Made by a program: the position numbers and the translations under genes. A stretch of DNA of 64,000 nt from contig JBHGNT010000012.1 in assembly GCA_043228905.1 (NCBI GenBank), positions 9,672,001 through 9,736,000 on the forward strand, in the 5' to 3' direction. How positions within the stretch are numbered: the stretch's first letter is position 1; every line of letters starts with the position of its first letter. The notes beneath the pieces were generated by a model, which was given only the letters and a program-made list of their open reading frames with translations, was not told the origin of the DNA and made no database searches. This DNA is from Azolla caroliniana (lineage: Eukaryota > Plantae > Polypodiophyta). Positions 37,483-50,300 of this stretch are shown piece by piece.

Positions 37483-38499
37483 ATGGAACAAGTTTTGAAC
37501 GCAGTTGGAATGATCTCTCCAAATGAGACCTCTCAACCCCAATCCGCATCTCGCACACAAGCTGAGATCACTATTGAGCAATTGCTCACTACTACCTTGA
37601 ATCAATTGGCCGAAATGAGACAGGCCAATATGGCATTGGAAAAGAAATTCCAAGAATTAACTATTGAGTCCAAGAAAGAAGGTGAACCTTCCTTCGTAGT
37701 CACGCCTTTCAAGGGAGATAAGAAAGAAAGAACCGAGGAGGCCATTAGCACTTGGCTTGGTCGTTGGGAGTCTCACTTTGAGCTTCATCCCAAGCCCGAT
37801 GCAGTAAAAATTGGTTATGTCGGTCGTGAGTTAGGTGGCCGAGCTGCTGCTTGGTGGCGTGGCCTAAGGACCGCAAAAAACTTACCCACAACTTGGGAAG
37901 GTTTCGTTGATGTTTTTAAGAAACAATTCTTGCAGCCACCTTCTCAAACCGAACAAGCGCAACACTTGCTCACATTGTCTAGTAAGCCATTTACCTCTCT
38001 CGAGGATTATGTGCATCACGCTCGGACCCAGATCCAAAAATCGGGACTTACGGGTGAGAAATGGTTTGTCGCTTGTTTTTTGAATGGTATTCCCAATGGG
38101 GATTATCATTGGATTGTCCATGACAAGGACCCCACAACTTTCGAGGAAGCCGTCAACATTGTGCTGCGATACCATAGGACTTCCAAGAAAGACCACAATA
38201 AACCTGAGTTCGCCAAAACTCCGAATGTCAAGTTCATTGGGAAACGTAAGCAATCTAGTGACACTCTTGACCGCGACTCAAAGAAACCGAACCTCTTCTG
38301 TGCATATTGCAAGAAGCGGGGCCACACAAAGGATACCTGTCGTTGTCTTGAGAGGAAGTCAATGAACACCCCTCCTCAAGACAAATTTACGAGTCACACA
38401 GGTGAGTCTTTTGATATTGTTGAAGTTCATACCAATCACTTAAGTTTATGTGAATGCACTTTTCCTTCACATTTACTTGGACCTAATGATTTACTCTGA
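37483..38499 (+). CDS. gag: Gag (retrotransposon gag domain plus CCHC knuckle)
   Basis: LGGRAAAWW..TWEGFVDVFKKQF; CAYCKKRGHTKDTC. Confidence 0.92.
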   Translation: MEQVLNAVGMISPNETSQPQSASRTQAEITIEQLLTTTLNQLAEMRQANMALEKKFQELTIESKKEGEPSFVVTPFKGDKKERTEEAISTWLGRWESHFELHPKPDAVKIGYVGRELGGRAAAWWRGLRTAKNLPTTWEGFVDVFKKQFLQPPSQTEQAQHLLTLSSKPFTSLEDYVHHARTQIQKSGLTGEKWFVACFLNGIPNGDYHWIVHDKDPTTFEEAVNIVLRYHRTSKKDHNKPEFAKTPNVKFIGKRKQSSDTLDRDSKKPNLFCAYCKKRGHTKDTCRCLERKSMNTPPQDKFTSHTGESFDIVEVHTNHLSLCECTFPSHLLGPNDLL

Positions 38500-41400
38500 G
38501 CAGTCGGATATATCAATGGAACACAAGCACATTTCTTGTTTGATTCCGGTAGTTCTCACAATTTTCTTAATGATCACTTTGTGCAGCAAATGGAGCTCCA
38601 CATAAACGCAAGTGATCATATCTATCAAGTTCACATGGCAAATGGAAACGTTCAATACATCAGTGGCATTGTTTGTCAACTGCCAATTCAAATAGATACT
38701 TATTTGGAGAAGCTTGACTTTCATGTTATGAAATTACAATCCGCAGATGTCATTTTAGGATATCCTTGGTTTTTTAATAAAAACCCTTCTTTGTCCATTG
38801 ATTGGGTTAATCACTCAATCACATTTGAACTTAATAATTGTAAAAATTTTATTCAATGTTCCAAACTTCCTTCTCATTCACTTGTGTCTTCTAAATCTTT
38901 AAGTGAGTATTCTAGTTCATTAATTTATTCGTGTGTAATTGATCCTGCGGTTCAATTTTATTATTTTAATATTGACGCCACACAATTACCACATTTTGAG
39001 CAATGATTACTCGACTCTATTTTAGAGGATTTTCAAGATGTGTTTCCTACTGAATTACCGCTTACTTTACCACCTAAACGTAATGTGGACCATCAAATTG
39101 AACTCATCCCTGGGGCTGCTCCTGTGAGCATTCCACCTTACCGACTTAGTCGATTAGAAGAGGATGAGATCGCTAAACAACTTAAGGAATACTTGAGTAT
39201 GGGCCACATTAGGTATAGTAAATCACCTTGGGGTGCGCCAATTCTATTAGTCAAGAAGAAGGAAGGTTCGTGGCGAATGTGTATCAATTATCGCCGTTTG
39301 AATAAAATGACAATTAAGAATGCATATCCATTACCTCGTGCCGATGATTTGATTGATCGTTTGCACGGGGCTCGATATTTTACGAAAATTGACTTACGAA
39401 CTGGTTATCATCAGATTCGCATCGCCGAGGATGATATTCCTAAAACCGCTTTTCGTACGCGCTATGGCCATTATGAGTTTTTAGTCATGCCATTTGGGTT
39501 GACTAATGCTCCAGCCACATTCCAACAAGCGATGAATGATGTTTTCCGAGATCAACTCGGTGATTTTGTTGTCGTCTTCTTGGATGATATTTTGATATAT
39601 AGCCGTACCTTGCAAGATCATGTTCAACATGTTCGATTTGTTTTGCGAAAGTTGCGTGACAACTCTTTCTATGCAAAACATTCAAAATGTGACTTCTTCC
39701 AAAAATCTATTGTGTACCTAGGTCATTTAATTACAGAAAATGGCGTTGAAATTGAACCTTCTCATATTGAAAAGGTTAAACTTTGGCCCATTCCTCGTAA
39801 TATTCGTGAACTTAGATCATTCTTAGGGTTTGTTGGATTTTTACGAAAATCAATTCGTAACTATTCCAAATTGACTACGCCATTAACTGACCTTTTAAAA
39901 GGTCATCCACGTAAGTCTGTCAAACCAATTTCATGGAATGAACAACTTGACAAATCATTTGAGACACTCAAGGAGCATGTGTGTCAGGCTCCCACTCTTC
40001 TATTACCAGACCCTTCTAAGGCTTTCTCAATTGAAACCGATGCTAGTGATTATGCTATTGGTGCCGTTCTTTATCAAGGTGGTCACCCTATCGCTTTTGA
40101 AAGTAAGAAGCTTGATGCTGCTCAATCTCGGTATTCGGTTCAAGAGAAAGAGTTGTTTGCGGTGATACACGCACTTAAAACATGGAGGCACTATCTCTAT
40201 GGAAATAAATTTGTGGTTACAACAGACCATCAATCATTAAAGTATTTTTGTGACCAGCCCGATCTTGTTGGTCGTAAAGGCCGTTGGGCTGACCTTATGC
40301 AAGATTTTGATTTTTCCATACGATATCGCAAGGGTTCTATGAACACCGTTGCTGATGCTCTTAGTCGCATTAAAGAAGTTAACATGCTTAGCTTCACGGA
40401 AATAAAATCTGATCTTTTAGATCACCTTCGAGGGAAATACCTTGATGACAGTTATTTCTCAAAATACTGGACGAAAGCCGAATCTGGTTTAGATGCCGAT
40501 ACTAGCACCCTACCCTCGAAGGCGACCTTTCACATTACAAACGGTTTGCTCTACCGTAGTGGAAAGGTCTGTGTTCCAGATTTACCAAATGTTAAACAGA
40601 AAATTTTTCATGAATGTCATGATGCACCATCTGCTGGTCATCCTGGAATACAACGCACACTCGTTCTCATCTCGTGTACTTTTTTCTGGCCTAAGATGCG
40701 CTCTGACGTGCATAAATACGTAACTCAATGCTTACAATGTCAGATTAATAAGTCGGAACGACTTAAAGCTGCTGGTCTTTTACATCCCTTAGATATTCCC
40801 AACAATAAATGGGAAAGTATCTCGATGGATTTTATTGTTAGTTTACCTCGTACACAGAGGGGTCATGATGCCATATGGGTTGTCGTTGACAGGCTAACAA
40901 AATTAGCTAGATTTATTCCTACAAAAACCACGGTAACCGCTCAACAGTTGGCTTATCAATTTGTTGATGAGTTATTTCATTTTTATGGATTACCGATGGA
41001 TATTGTTAGTGATCGAGATTCCAAGTTTACTAGTGACTTTTGGACTCAGGTCTTTAAGAAACTAGAAACTACGTTGAGCATGAGTTCCGCAGATCATCCT
41101 CAGTCTGATGGACAAACTGAACGAGTTAATCAAATTATTGAGGACATGCTTCGAGCTTATGTAGCAAAAACCCCTTCTAAGTGGGAGCAATACCTTCCTA
41201 TCTTAGAATTTGCCTATAATAGCTCTAAACATACATCCACTGGATATAGTCCTTTTATGTTGATGTATGGTTTTCAGCCACGTGCCCCAGTTGATGTCAC
41301 GATTCATCGTGATACATTAGACAGTACACGCAATTTTTTGCAAGACATGAACCAAATGTTGCATATTGCCAAAGAAAATGTCAAGACAGCTCAAGATCGT

Positions 41401-41886
41401 GCTCGATTTTATGCTGATCAGGATAGACGTCCTCGTGCATTTACTATTGGTCAAAAAGTTTTTTTGCGTGTCCCGACTGATTCTACGTCATTATCTACGG
41501 GCAAGTGCGCTAAGTTAGCCCCACGATATTGTGGCCCATTTGAAATCCTTAAGCGAGTTGGGTCATCTGCTTATCACCTTGCCTTACCTCGTAACGTTGG
41601 TATTCATCCTGTTTTTCACGTCAGTCGTCTAAAACCATTTTTAGGCTCTGGTGATAACACCATCACAATCCAAGATCTTGTAACATTAGAGGATTTTTCT
41701 TACAAACTTCATGTTCCTGAACGAATTCTTGATTCTCGTACTAAACGTTTACGTTCTAAAGAGATTCGGCTATTCAAGATCAAATGGATGGATAAACCTA
41801 TTGATGATGCCACATGGGAACGCGAGCATTCGCTTAAGGCACAATTTCCTCACTTTATATTGCAAGAGTGCAATCTTTTGAAGTAG
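38500..41886 (+). CDS. pol: Pol: protease, RT, RNase H, integrase and chromodomain; same frame as gag, with in-frame TGA at 38497-38499 and 39004-39006
   Basis: LFDSGSSHNF; MPFGLTNAP..FLDDILI; TDASD; HHCC and D-D-E integrase; GPF module; ERILDSR..IKWMDKPIDDATWE chromodomain. Confidence 0.92.
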
Positions 41887-41893
41887 GGGAGTA

Positions 41894-42367
41894 TGTTATG
41901 TACACATAATGTTGGTGAGGGTAGGTCACTAATATTTACATTAGTGAAGGGTATGTTCACTATTATTAAAAAGGGGACTAATGATTGGATAGAATGAATG
42001 ATATGTGCATGCACTATCATGATTTAGACAACCAATGAATAGAGAGCCTTTTAGAAAGGCACATCTATTCAAGGGGCCTAGGAAAAGGTATAAATATGAG
42101 GCTTAGCTACCCTCATAGGGATGATCACGTCGGAAGGCTGCTGTCGTAGACACCGGTGGTGCGGGCTAGGCTTTCGTCTCGACGATCGTGTTTATCTCTT
42201 CCAAGGTATTAGTCATCCTAATATCCGGCGGTATGGGACGTCGGTGGTAGGTTGGCTATGTCTAGATCATAGCTCGGGGGTGGTCGGGTGGAACGGGTTC
42301 TTCTATCCAATCTATTTTCTTCCTTTTTACTTGATTTGGTCTATTGATTAGTAATAGACTCTTAACA
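41894..42367 (+). repeat. 3' LTR
   Basis: Copy of 35257-35730, preceded by the PPT. Confidence 0.95.
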
Positions 42368-42372
42368 GTAGT

Positions 42373-44072
42373 AGTTATGTCATGAATTTTTTTGTAATGC
42401 TAGATTATTATAATTCACTAATGACAGTTGTGGGATTTGCATGCACATCCTTTTGAATTGGAGCCTAAATCCAACGCCTTAGACCACTCGGATTAATTAT
42501 CGATGTGTTGATGACATCAAAAGAGGTACACCATTTATAAAATTGCAAAATAGTGTTAAAAAAGAGAGTTCTATAATAAGTGGTGTCAATTTAGGTCAAT
42601 GGGCAACAATGTTCAGCACATCAATGTGCAACGCAACTATTAGGTCGAAGAAAGGGCACACTTAGAATTTTTTATGGCCCTCTTTTATACAAGATTAACA
42701 TTGTTGTTATTTCATGAAAAGTTTGGCAATGCTAGATTTTTTTAATTCACTAATGACAACTATGCAATTTAAACCCACGCCCTCTCAAATTGGAGCCTAA
42801 ATCCAACGACTTAAACCACTCGGTTAAATTGTCATTAAGGTGATGGCATCAAAAGAAGTATATCATTCATAAAATTGTATTAGAGTGTAAAGAAAGACAG
42901 TGATATTTGAAGTGGTGTCAATTTCAGTGGGTGGGCAACAACGTCAAGCACACAATATGTAATGCAAGGACTATGTAAAAGAAAGAATATGTTTAAAGTT
43001 TTCTACGACCTTGTTTTGGAGAAGAACAACATAATAGTTGTTCCATGAAAAGTTTGGTAATGCTAGATTGTTTCAATCCACTAATGACAACTGTGGTATT
43101 TGAACCCACCTCCTTTTGTATTGGAGCCTAAATCCAACGCCTTGGACAACTCGGGCAAATTCTTGATGGGTTGACGACATCAAAAGAAGGGCACACTTGA
43201 TAAAGTTGTAAAAGAGTGTTAAAATAGAGAGTGAAGTTCTCACTGGGCAACAATGTTAAGCATATCAATGTGCAATGCAAGCACTAGATCTAAGATGGAA
43301 TGTGTTTAATATTTTCTAGCTCCCTATTTTGTATATGAATAGAATTTGTGTAATGTTTTCTAGCGCCCTATTTTGTACAAGAATAACGTAGTACTTATTT
43401 CATGAAATGTTTTGTAATGCTAGATTATATTGATTCGGTAATGATATTTGTGGGATTTGAACGCACGCCCTTTCGGATTGGAGCCTAAATCCAACACCTT
43501 AGACCACTTGGCCAAATTGTTAACGTGTTGATGAGATCAAAAGAAGTACACCATTGATAAAATCGCAAAATAGTGTTAAAAAAGAGAGTTATATTTTAAG
43601 TGGTGTCAATTTAGGTCAATGGGCAAGAATGTTCAGCACATCAACGTGCAATGCAAGTATTAGATCCAAGAAAGGACTCGCTTACAATTTTTTATGGCCC
43701 TTTTTTCTACCAGAATAACATATTTGTTATTTCATGAAAAGTTTGGTAATGCTAAATTTTTTCAATTCTCTAATGACAACTGTGTGATTTGAACCCACAC
43801 CATCATCGGATTGGAGCCTAAATCCAACGCCTTAGACCATTCGGCCAAATTGTCATTGTGTCGATGACTTTAAAACATCGATTACACACTTGATAAAGTT
43901 TCAGAACAATGTTAAGAAAGAGAGTGATATTTTAAGTGGTGTCAATTTCGGTGTCTGGGCAACAATGTTAAGCACATAAATGTGCAATGCAAGCACTAGG
44001 TCGAAGAAAGGACACAATTTAAATTTTTTATGGTCCGCTTTTGTACAAGAATAACATAGTAGTTATTTCATG
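42373..44072 (-). repeat. tRNA-Leu(UAG) array, 5 copies, period about 332 bp
   Basis: Copies at 42422-42501, 42754-42833, 43085-43164, 43442-43521 and 43774-43854. Confidence 0.9.
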
Positions 44073-44569
44073 AGGGTCTGGGAGAATGGGTTTGGGCGAA
44101 CTCGAGGGTCCAGGAGATTCTATTGTTGCTTGGATGGTGCTGAGAGGAATGACAACATGGCTTCGTTAGTATGGTTAACTTGTAAAATAATGTTGGACAG
44201 GGTGTTGAGAGACAAGCTCAACATCGGCCGGATCGACTGATGAAGCCGAGGACCGGATCGGCTGATGAAGCATTGAAGTACTGTCAGTACTTGGGTCAGT
44301 CCTTCTAGGGCTTGTATAAAATTGTTCACTGAGCACGTCTTATGTACAGACTTGAGTATTATTGTTGAATATAGTTTTTTGTGTCTACTCTCTCTGTCTC
44401 TCCTGCGTATACCGTGTAAGCCCAAGCTCTCCATTGAACCTGAGTTTCCTTCCTTCTGTTCGGTCTACATACCTGCTTCCGCACGCTACTTTTTACTTGG
44501 TATCAAAGCGCGAGGGTTGAGAACCTCTCTGCAGCCGATACAGCTTGACGAAGAAGAACAAGAAGAACG

Positions 44570-47336
44570 ATGGATAGAGGCATGGCAAGCTCGCTTCCAT
44601 CAGAGAAGCTCGACAGAACCAACTACGTGTCTTGGTCCTACAAGATGCACTAGTACCTGCTCGGACACGGTTACTGGAGTTATGTCGAAGGAGCTAATGA
44701 CGCGGCACCCGAATCGACACACAGAGACTTCCCATCGTGGGAGCAATCGGCGAGCAGGGTATTATACTGCTTCGCGTCGTGTGTGGGCGAACAACTATTG
44801 AGCTATGTTAGGGATGCAAAGACGCCGAAGGGTGCGTGGGAAAATCTGAAGAAGATTTTCACCGCGAGCAGCACAGCTAGGAAGCTTCAGCTCCGACAGG
44901 AGTTGAGCAACCTACGACAACGCGATTTGTCGGTGGCGGACTATACCTCTAAGATCAAGGATATTTGCGACTCCATCGCCTCCATAGAGGTGAACATCAA
45001 GGAGAGCGAGATGGTCCAGATCTGTCTCGGAGGTTTGGCGTCGAAGTTCGGAGCGTTCTGAATGGCTGTGTGTACCCGGGAGAATATGCCGTCCTTTTTC
45101 GACTTACAGTCGATGCTCCTGGTAGAGGAGAACCACGCGGGTGCGTCTACAAGCACGCACGCCGACAGCAGAATGCTGTACACAGAGGGAGATAGGCCTC
45201 GTGGACATGGAGGACGAGGCGAGTCGGGGCGCAATGAAGGTGGTCGACGAGATCAAGGAAGAAGGCACCGAAGTGATGCCGACAACAACTCCGGACCCTC
45301 CGGAAACAGGGGGAGTCGAAGCGATGAGAACCAGCAAGGGAAGGCCATCGTGGAGTGCTGGTACTGTGGCAAGAAAGGCCACAGGGAAAGTGAGTGCTGG
45401 AAGAAGCGCGCCGATTCGGAGAGAACCGGTTCCGGAAACGGCTCCGGACATACCCACAAGGGAAATCGGCAGCGATCGCACTACGCCAAAGACTCCGGGA
45501 GAACTGGAGAAGGGTCTGTCTTCGTGAAGAGACACGAAGCAAACTCAATGAAACAGAGCACCCCGTGATCGGACGAGGTGTGGTACGTAGACTCCGGCGC
45601 GTCAAACCACATGAAGAGCCATAAGGAGTGGTTCTCGTACCTTGAAAAACTGATACAACCTGGAGTAGTCGCAACAGGAGACGACACTCTGCATCCGATC
45701 GCGAATGTTAGAGAAGTTCCCCTTAGCCATGTCGGGCAGAAAGGGAAACTCATGAACGTGTTGCACGTTCCGACAATCATGAAAAACTTGGTCTCGGTCG
45801 GACATATCGTCGACCAAGGGATGGAGGTTCGGTTTACACACTTCGGGTGCTTCATTGAGGAAGAAGGTCGTGTGATTGCGCAAGGGCGCAGAGACGGGAG
45901 GATGTTCATCCTCGACTCCACTGACGGCGGCACCATAATGTTCGCGAAGGGACAAAAGACCGAGTCGGACATTGACTTGTGGCACAAGTGGATAGGCCAC
46001 GTCAACCACCAACGGCTTCAAGATCTGCAATCGAAACAGGTAGTATTTGGATTGCCCAAATTTAGTGGCCGAAAGGCACAAATTTGTGAAGCCTGCCAGC
46101 TCGGGAAGCAACACCGACTTCCTTTCCCCAACGAGCGAAATCGGAGCCGGAATAAGCTCGACCTTATACACTCCGATGTATGGGGGCCGGCACAAAACGT
46201 TAGTCTTGGCGGGAGCCGATATTTCGTCTCCTTCATCGACGACCACACGCGGCACACGTGGATCTACCTCATTGAGAGGAAGAGCGAAGTCTTCGACTGT
46301 TTCTGGGGCTTCAAAGGGTTCGTGGAAACGGAAACCGGACGAAAGATCAAGTGTCTGCGGTCGGATGGCGGGAAAGAGTACTTTTCTGGTCAATTCAACG
46401 GTTATCTACAACAAATGGGAATTCGGCGTGAATTCAGTTGTAGATACACGCCAGAGCAGAACGGCGTGGCCGAGAGGAAAAATCGGTCAGTTGTGGAAGC
46501 GGCACGGGCAATGCTGGAGGAGAAGAGCTTGCCCAAGTTCTATTGGGCCGAGGCGGTAAGGACCGCGGTATATATCCAGAACCGGATCGGAGACAAAGTG
46601 TCAGCGCACGAGCTATATTTCGGAACGAAGCCGAACTTGCGACACTTGAGGGTGTTCGGTAGCATTGCGTATGTGCATATACCAAAGGAGAAAAGGAGGA
46701 AGCTGGATGCAAAGGCCGAGAAATGCATCTTGGTCGGTTACTCGGACGAGCAGAAGGGTTATAAGTGTTATAACCCTCGCACCAAACAAGCGCGTGTCAA
46801 CCGCGACGTTGTGTTTGACGAGTCCGCGTCCTGGTACCAGCCTCCGACTCCGAACCCCAACTCCAATCCGAGCTCCGACGATGAGGTCAGCGAGGCCGAG
46901 ATGCTTCCGGATGGGCCCGAAATCGAGACCCGCGAAGAGAGTCCGATTTCACTCCAGTTAAGTGGACCAATTGGACGACTGAGTCGGTACGACCAGTCCG
47001 ATGAAGAGCCGGCGGGTAGTGGAGACTCAGCCGTGCACTTCCTGCGCAGGAAGCCGAGGAGACGGCTTACACGCAAAGAGAAAGGGAAGAAGAAGGTGTG
47101 GATTCCGGCACGAAAAGGAACGAGTTAGACCGACGCGAGTCCGACTCCGAGGGAACCGGTGACGGGACTTTAAAGGTGAAGTCCGTGTCGACCGAAAAGG
47201 CCTCGACATCGGCTAATGTGAGATTACGCCGATCTACCCGCCAGAAGAATCCTGTTTTGCGGTTCGGATACAATGAGTACATGGCGCATCATTATGCATA
47301 CATGACCCGTATAGCGGAAGTGCGTGAGCCCGAGAG
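44570..47336 (+). pseudogene. Outer Copia gag-PR-IN
   Basis: CWYCGKKGHRESEC, WYVDSGAS, LIHSDVWG..SDGGKEY..NGVAER; premature stops and frameshifts. Confidence 0.9.
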
Positions 47337-50300
47337 TGTCGTAATTCCGTGCTCGGCCACAACCGAGGAACAAGATCGATTCACAGAAAACGGGAAATAC
47401 AACAATGCACGAAAAACAATAGAGAGAAGGGTACACTGGATGTTTTACGTGGAAAACCCTAAATGGGAAAAACCACGGGAGTGCAAGACTCCAACTATCA
47501 CTATACGCGGGAATGTACAATGGCGAGCTGCAAAGCGACGACCTTGAGCTCGCTGTCCTCGCCACAGGCGGCGGTATTACACAGAGGCGTCGACCTCTTC
47601 CTTCCTCTTTCTCTCTCACTCTCTCTCGGCTGCTCTCACTTCGCTCCCTCTTAGTGAAATGAGCAACAACAACAAAACTGTTTGCCCTAAGTCATATTTA
47701 TACATATATGACTTTCGGGTTATTTACAAATATAGCCTCGAGGGCTCTTGGCAAACATATTCACAAATATGTCCCCGCATCCGGATCTCTCTCCGGGTAC
47801 ATTCGTCATCCGGCTCCGTAGCCGGGGTCTTCATCATCCGGCTCCAGAACCGGGTCTTCATCATCCGGCTCCGGAACCGGGTCTTCATCATCTGGCTCCG
47901 GAACCGGATCTTCATCATCCGGTTCCGTAACCGCAACCGGGCTTGCCGTCATTCATCTCCGGACATCCGACCATCCCATCCGGAGGGACCGTAATCCCAA
48001 CAAACTCCCCCTTCACTTCGGCATGGGATGTCTCTCCAATCCGATCCTCTTCCGGCATGTTTCCAGCTTGTCGGGTGTGAGCACCTTGGTCAGCATATCC
48101 GACCCGTTCTCGTCCGTGTGGATCTTCGACAGCACGAACTCCTTGTCTTCTATCCTTTCCCGGATCCAGTGATATCTTCGCTGGATGTGTTTCGTCCGGG
48201 AATGATAGGCCGCGTTCTTCGCAAGGTGGATGGCACTCTGACTATCGCAGTAGAGCCGGTACTCCTCCTGCCGGATGCCGAGCTCTCTAATGAAGTCCTT
48301 CATCCAAATTATTTCCTTGCCGGCTTCAACAGCCGCCATGTACTCTGCCTCCGTGGTTGACAACGCAACCGTCTTCTGCAACCTCGACTGCCACGAAACA
48401 GCTCCCCCTGCATATGTCATTACATACCCTGATGTAGACCGGCTGGTATCCGCATCAGCCGACATGTCCGAATCGGTAAATCCATCGAGTTCGGGCTTAC
48501 CGGAGCCGAATCGGAGACACATGTTCGAAGTGCCCTTTAAGTATCGGAGTATCCATTTGACCGCGTTCCAGTGCTCCTTGCCGGGATTACTCATATACCG
48601 GCTCACCACTCCGACTGCATATCCAATGTCTGGTCGAGTACACACCATTGCGTACATCAAGCTCCCGACGGCAGAGGCATATGGTATCTTCATCATATCC
48701 TCCTTTTCAGCTTTTGTCTTGGGACTTTGCTTGCCTGATAACCTGCAGTTTGCCGGGAGAGTCGACCCGACCGGTCTTGCTTCCGACATGTTGAACCGGT
48801 GAAGCACCTTTGTCACATACTTCTCCTGTGACAGCCACAACTGCTTCTGCTTTCGGTTCCGGATGATGTGCATCCCTAGTATTTGCCTCGCCGGACCCAG
48901 GTCCTTCATTGAGAAAGTTCGGTGAAGCTCTTTCTTCAGCATCCGTATCTTGGCCTGGTCCCGTCCGACGATCAACATGTCGTCCACGTACAGGAGGAGT
49001 ATTAGAAAGTCTCCTCCTTCGAACTTCTTCACAAACACGCAGTGATCGGACTGCGTTTTGTGGTACCCTTCGTTGGTCATGAAAGAGTCGAACTTCCGGT
49101 ACCATTGCCGGGGAGCCTGCTTCAGTCCGTAAAGGCTCTTCTTTAACCGGCATACCAGGTGCTCCTTCCCTTTCTTCTCGAATCCTTCTGGTTGCTGCAT
49201 GTAGATCTCTTCTTCGAGGTCACCGTGAAGGAATGCCGTCTTCACGTCCATCTGTTCTACCTCGAGGTCCATGCTTGCCGCTATGCTCAGCACCGTCCGG
49301 ATGGAGGTCATCTTCACTACCGGGGCAAATATCTCGTCGAAGTCGACGCCCTTTTTCTGTTGGAACCCCTTCACCACGATCCTGGCTTTGTATCTCGGGG
49401 GGTTTCCGGCATCTCCCGGTTTCAGCTTGAACACCCACTTGTTTCGAAGCGCCCGCTTTCCTTTCGGCAACTCCACAAGTTCATATGTGTGGTTCTCATG
49501 CAGGGAATCCATCTCCTCCTGCATGGCACTTAACCACCTGCGGCTATGTGTGTCAAGCTTTGCTTCTTCAAAACTCTCCGGCTCCCCCTCGTCGGTTAGC
49601 AGCACGTGCTCTGGTTCCGGAAATCTCCGGGGGGCCCTTCTCTCTCTTAGAGGATATCTCCGCTCCGGAGCTTCGGTAACCGGCTCCTCCGTTTCCTCTT
49701 CATCCGAATCCATTTCGGGATCGGGGCTGGTTCCGGTATCAGTTTCATCTTCCTCGGCCGGTTCTGTTTCTTCACCGTCTTCGGCCGGATCCTCGAGTGC
49801 TAACCGGTTCCTTGCCGGTCGGGACTGCTCCTCGTAGAGTTGATCCTCACCGGTCGACTTGGAGCTCTTCATCTTCTTCTCCGACTCCCAGTCGGCGAGT
49901 GTCTTGTCCTCCATGAAGATGATATCACGACTCCGGAATATCTTCTTGTCGACCGGGTCCCATACTCGGTAGCCGAACTCGTCATCGCCATAACCGAGGA
50001 ATATGCATGGCCGGGTCTTTGGATCTAGCTTTCCTCTCCGGTCCTTTGCCACATGCACGTATGCGAGACACCCGAACACCTTCAGATGCCGGTAGGATAC
50101 TTCCCTACCGGTCCACACTCTCTGCGGCGTGTCTCCGTCCAAAGGTACTGAGGGTGATCTGTTTATCACGTATGTCGCCGTCGACATTGCCTCAGCCCAA
50201 AACCCCTTGGGTAATTTCGCATGCGCCAGCATACTCCGGACCCTTTCCATTATGGTCCGGTTCATCCTCTCGGCCAGCCCGTTCAGTTCCGGCGTCTTCG

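Larger units (their letters stand above)
35257..42367 (+). mobile_element. Full-length Ty3/Gypsy chromovirus, very recent insertion
   Basis: 474-bp LTRs (35257-35730, 41894-42367) with one visible mismatch; TSD GTAGT; PBS tRNA-iMet 35732-35743; PPT 41881-41893. Confidence 0.97.

Noticed and set aside
38497-39006. Programmed stop-codon readthrough or U-to-C editing of TGA
   Set aside because: Two stops in one frame, no CARYYA-type context, and similar TGA stops in unrelated Copia elements. U-to-C editing is known from organelles. Deamination is simpler
29555-44072. tRNA-derived SINE cluster or CRISPR
   Set aside because: Units are head-to-tail with homologous upstream and downstream spacers, and have no individual TSDs or poly-A tails
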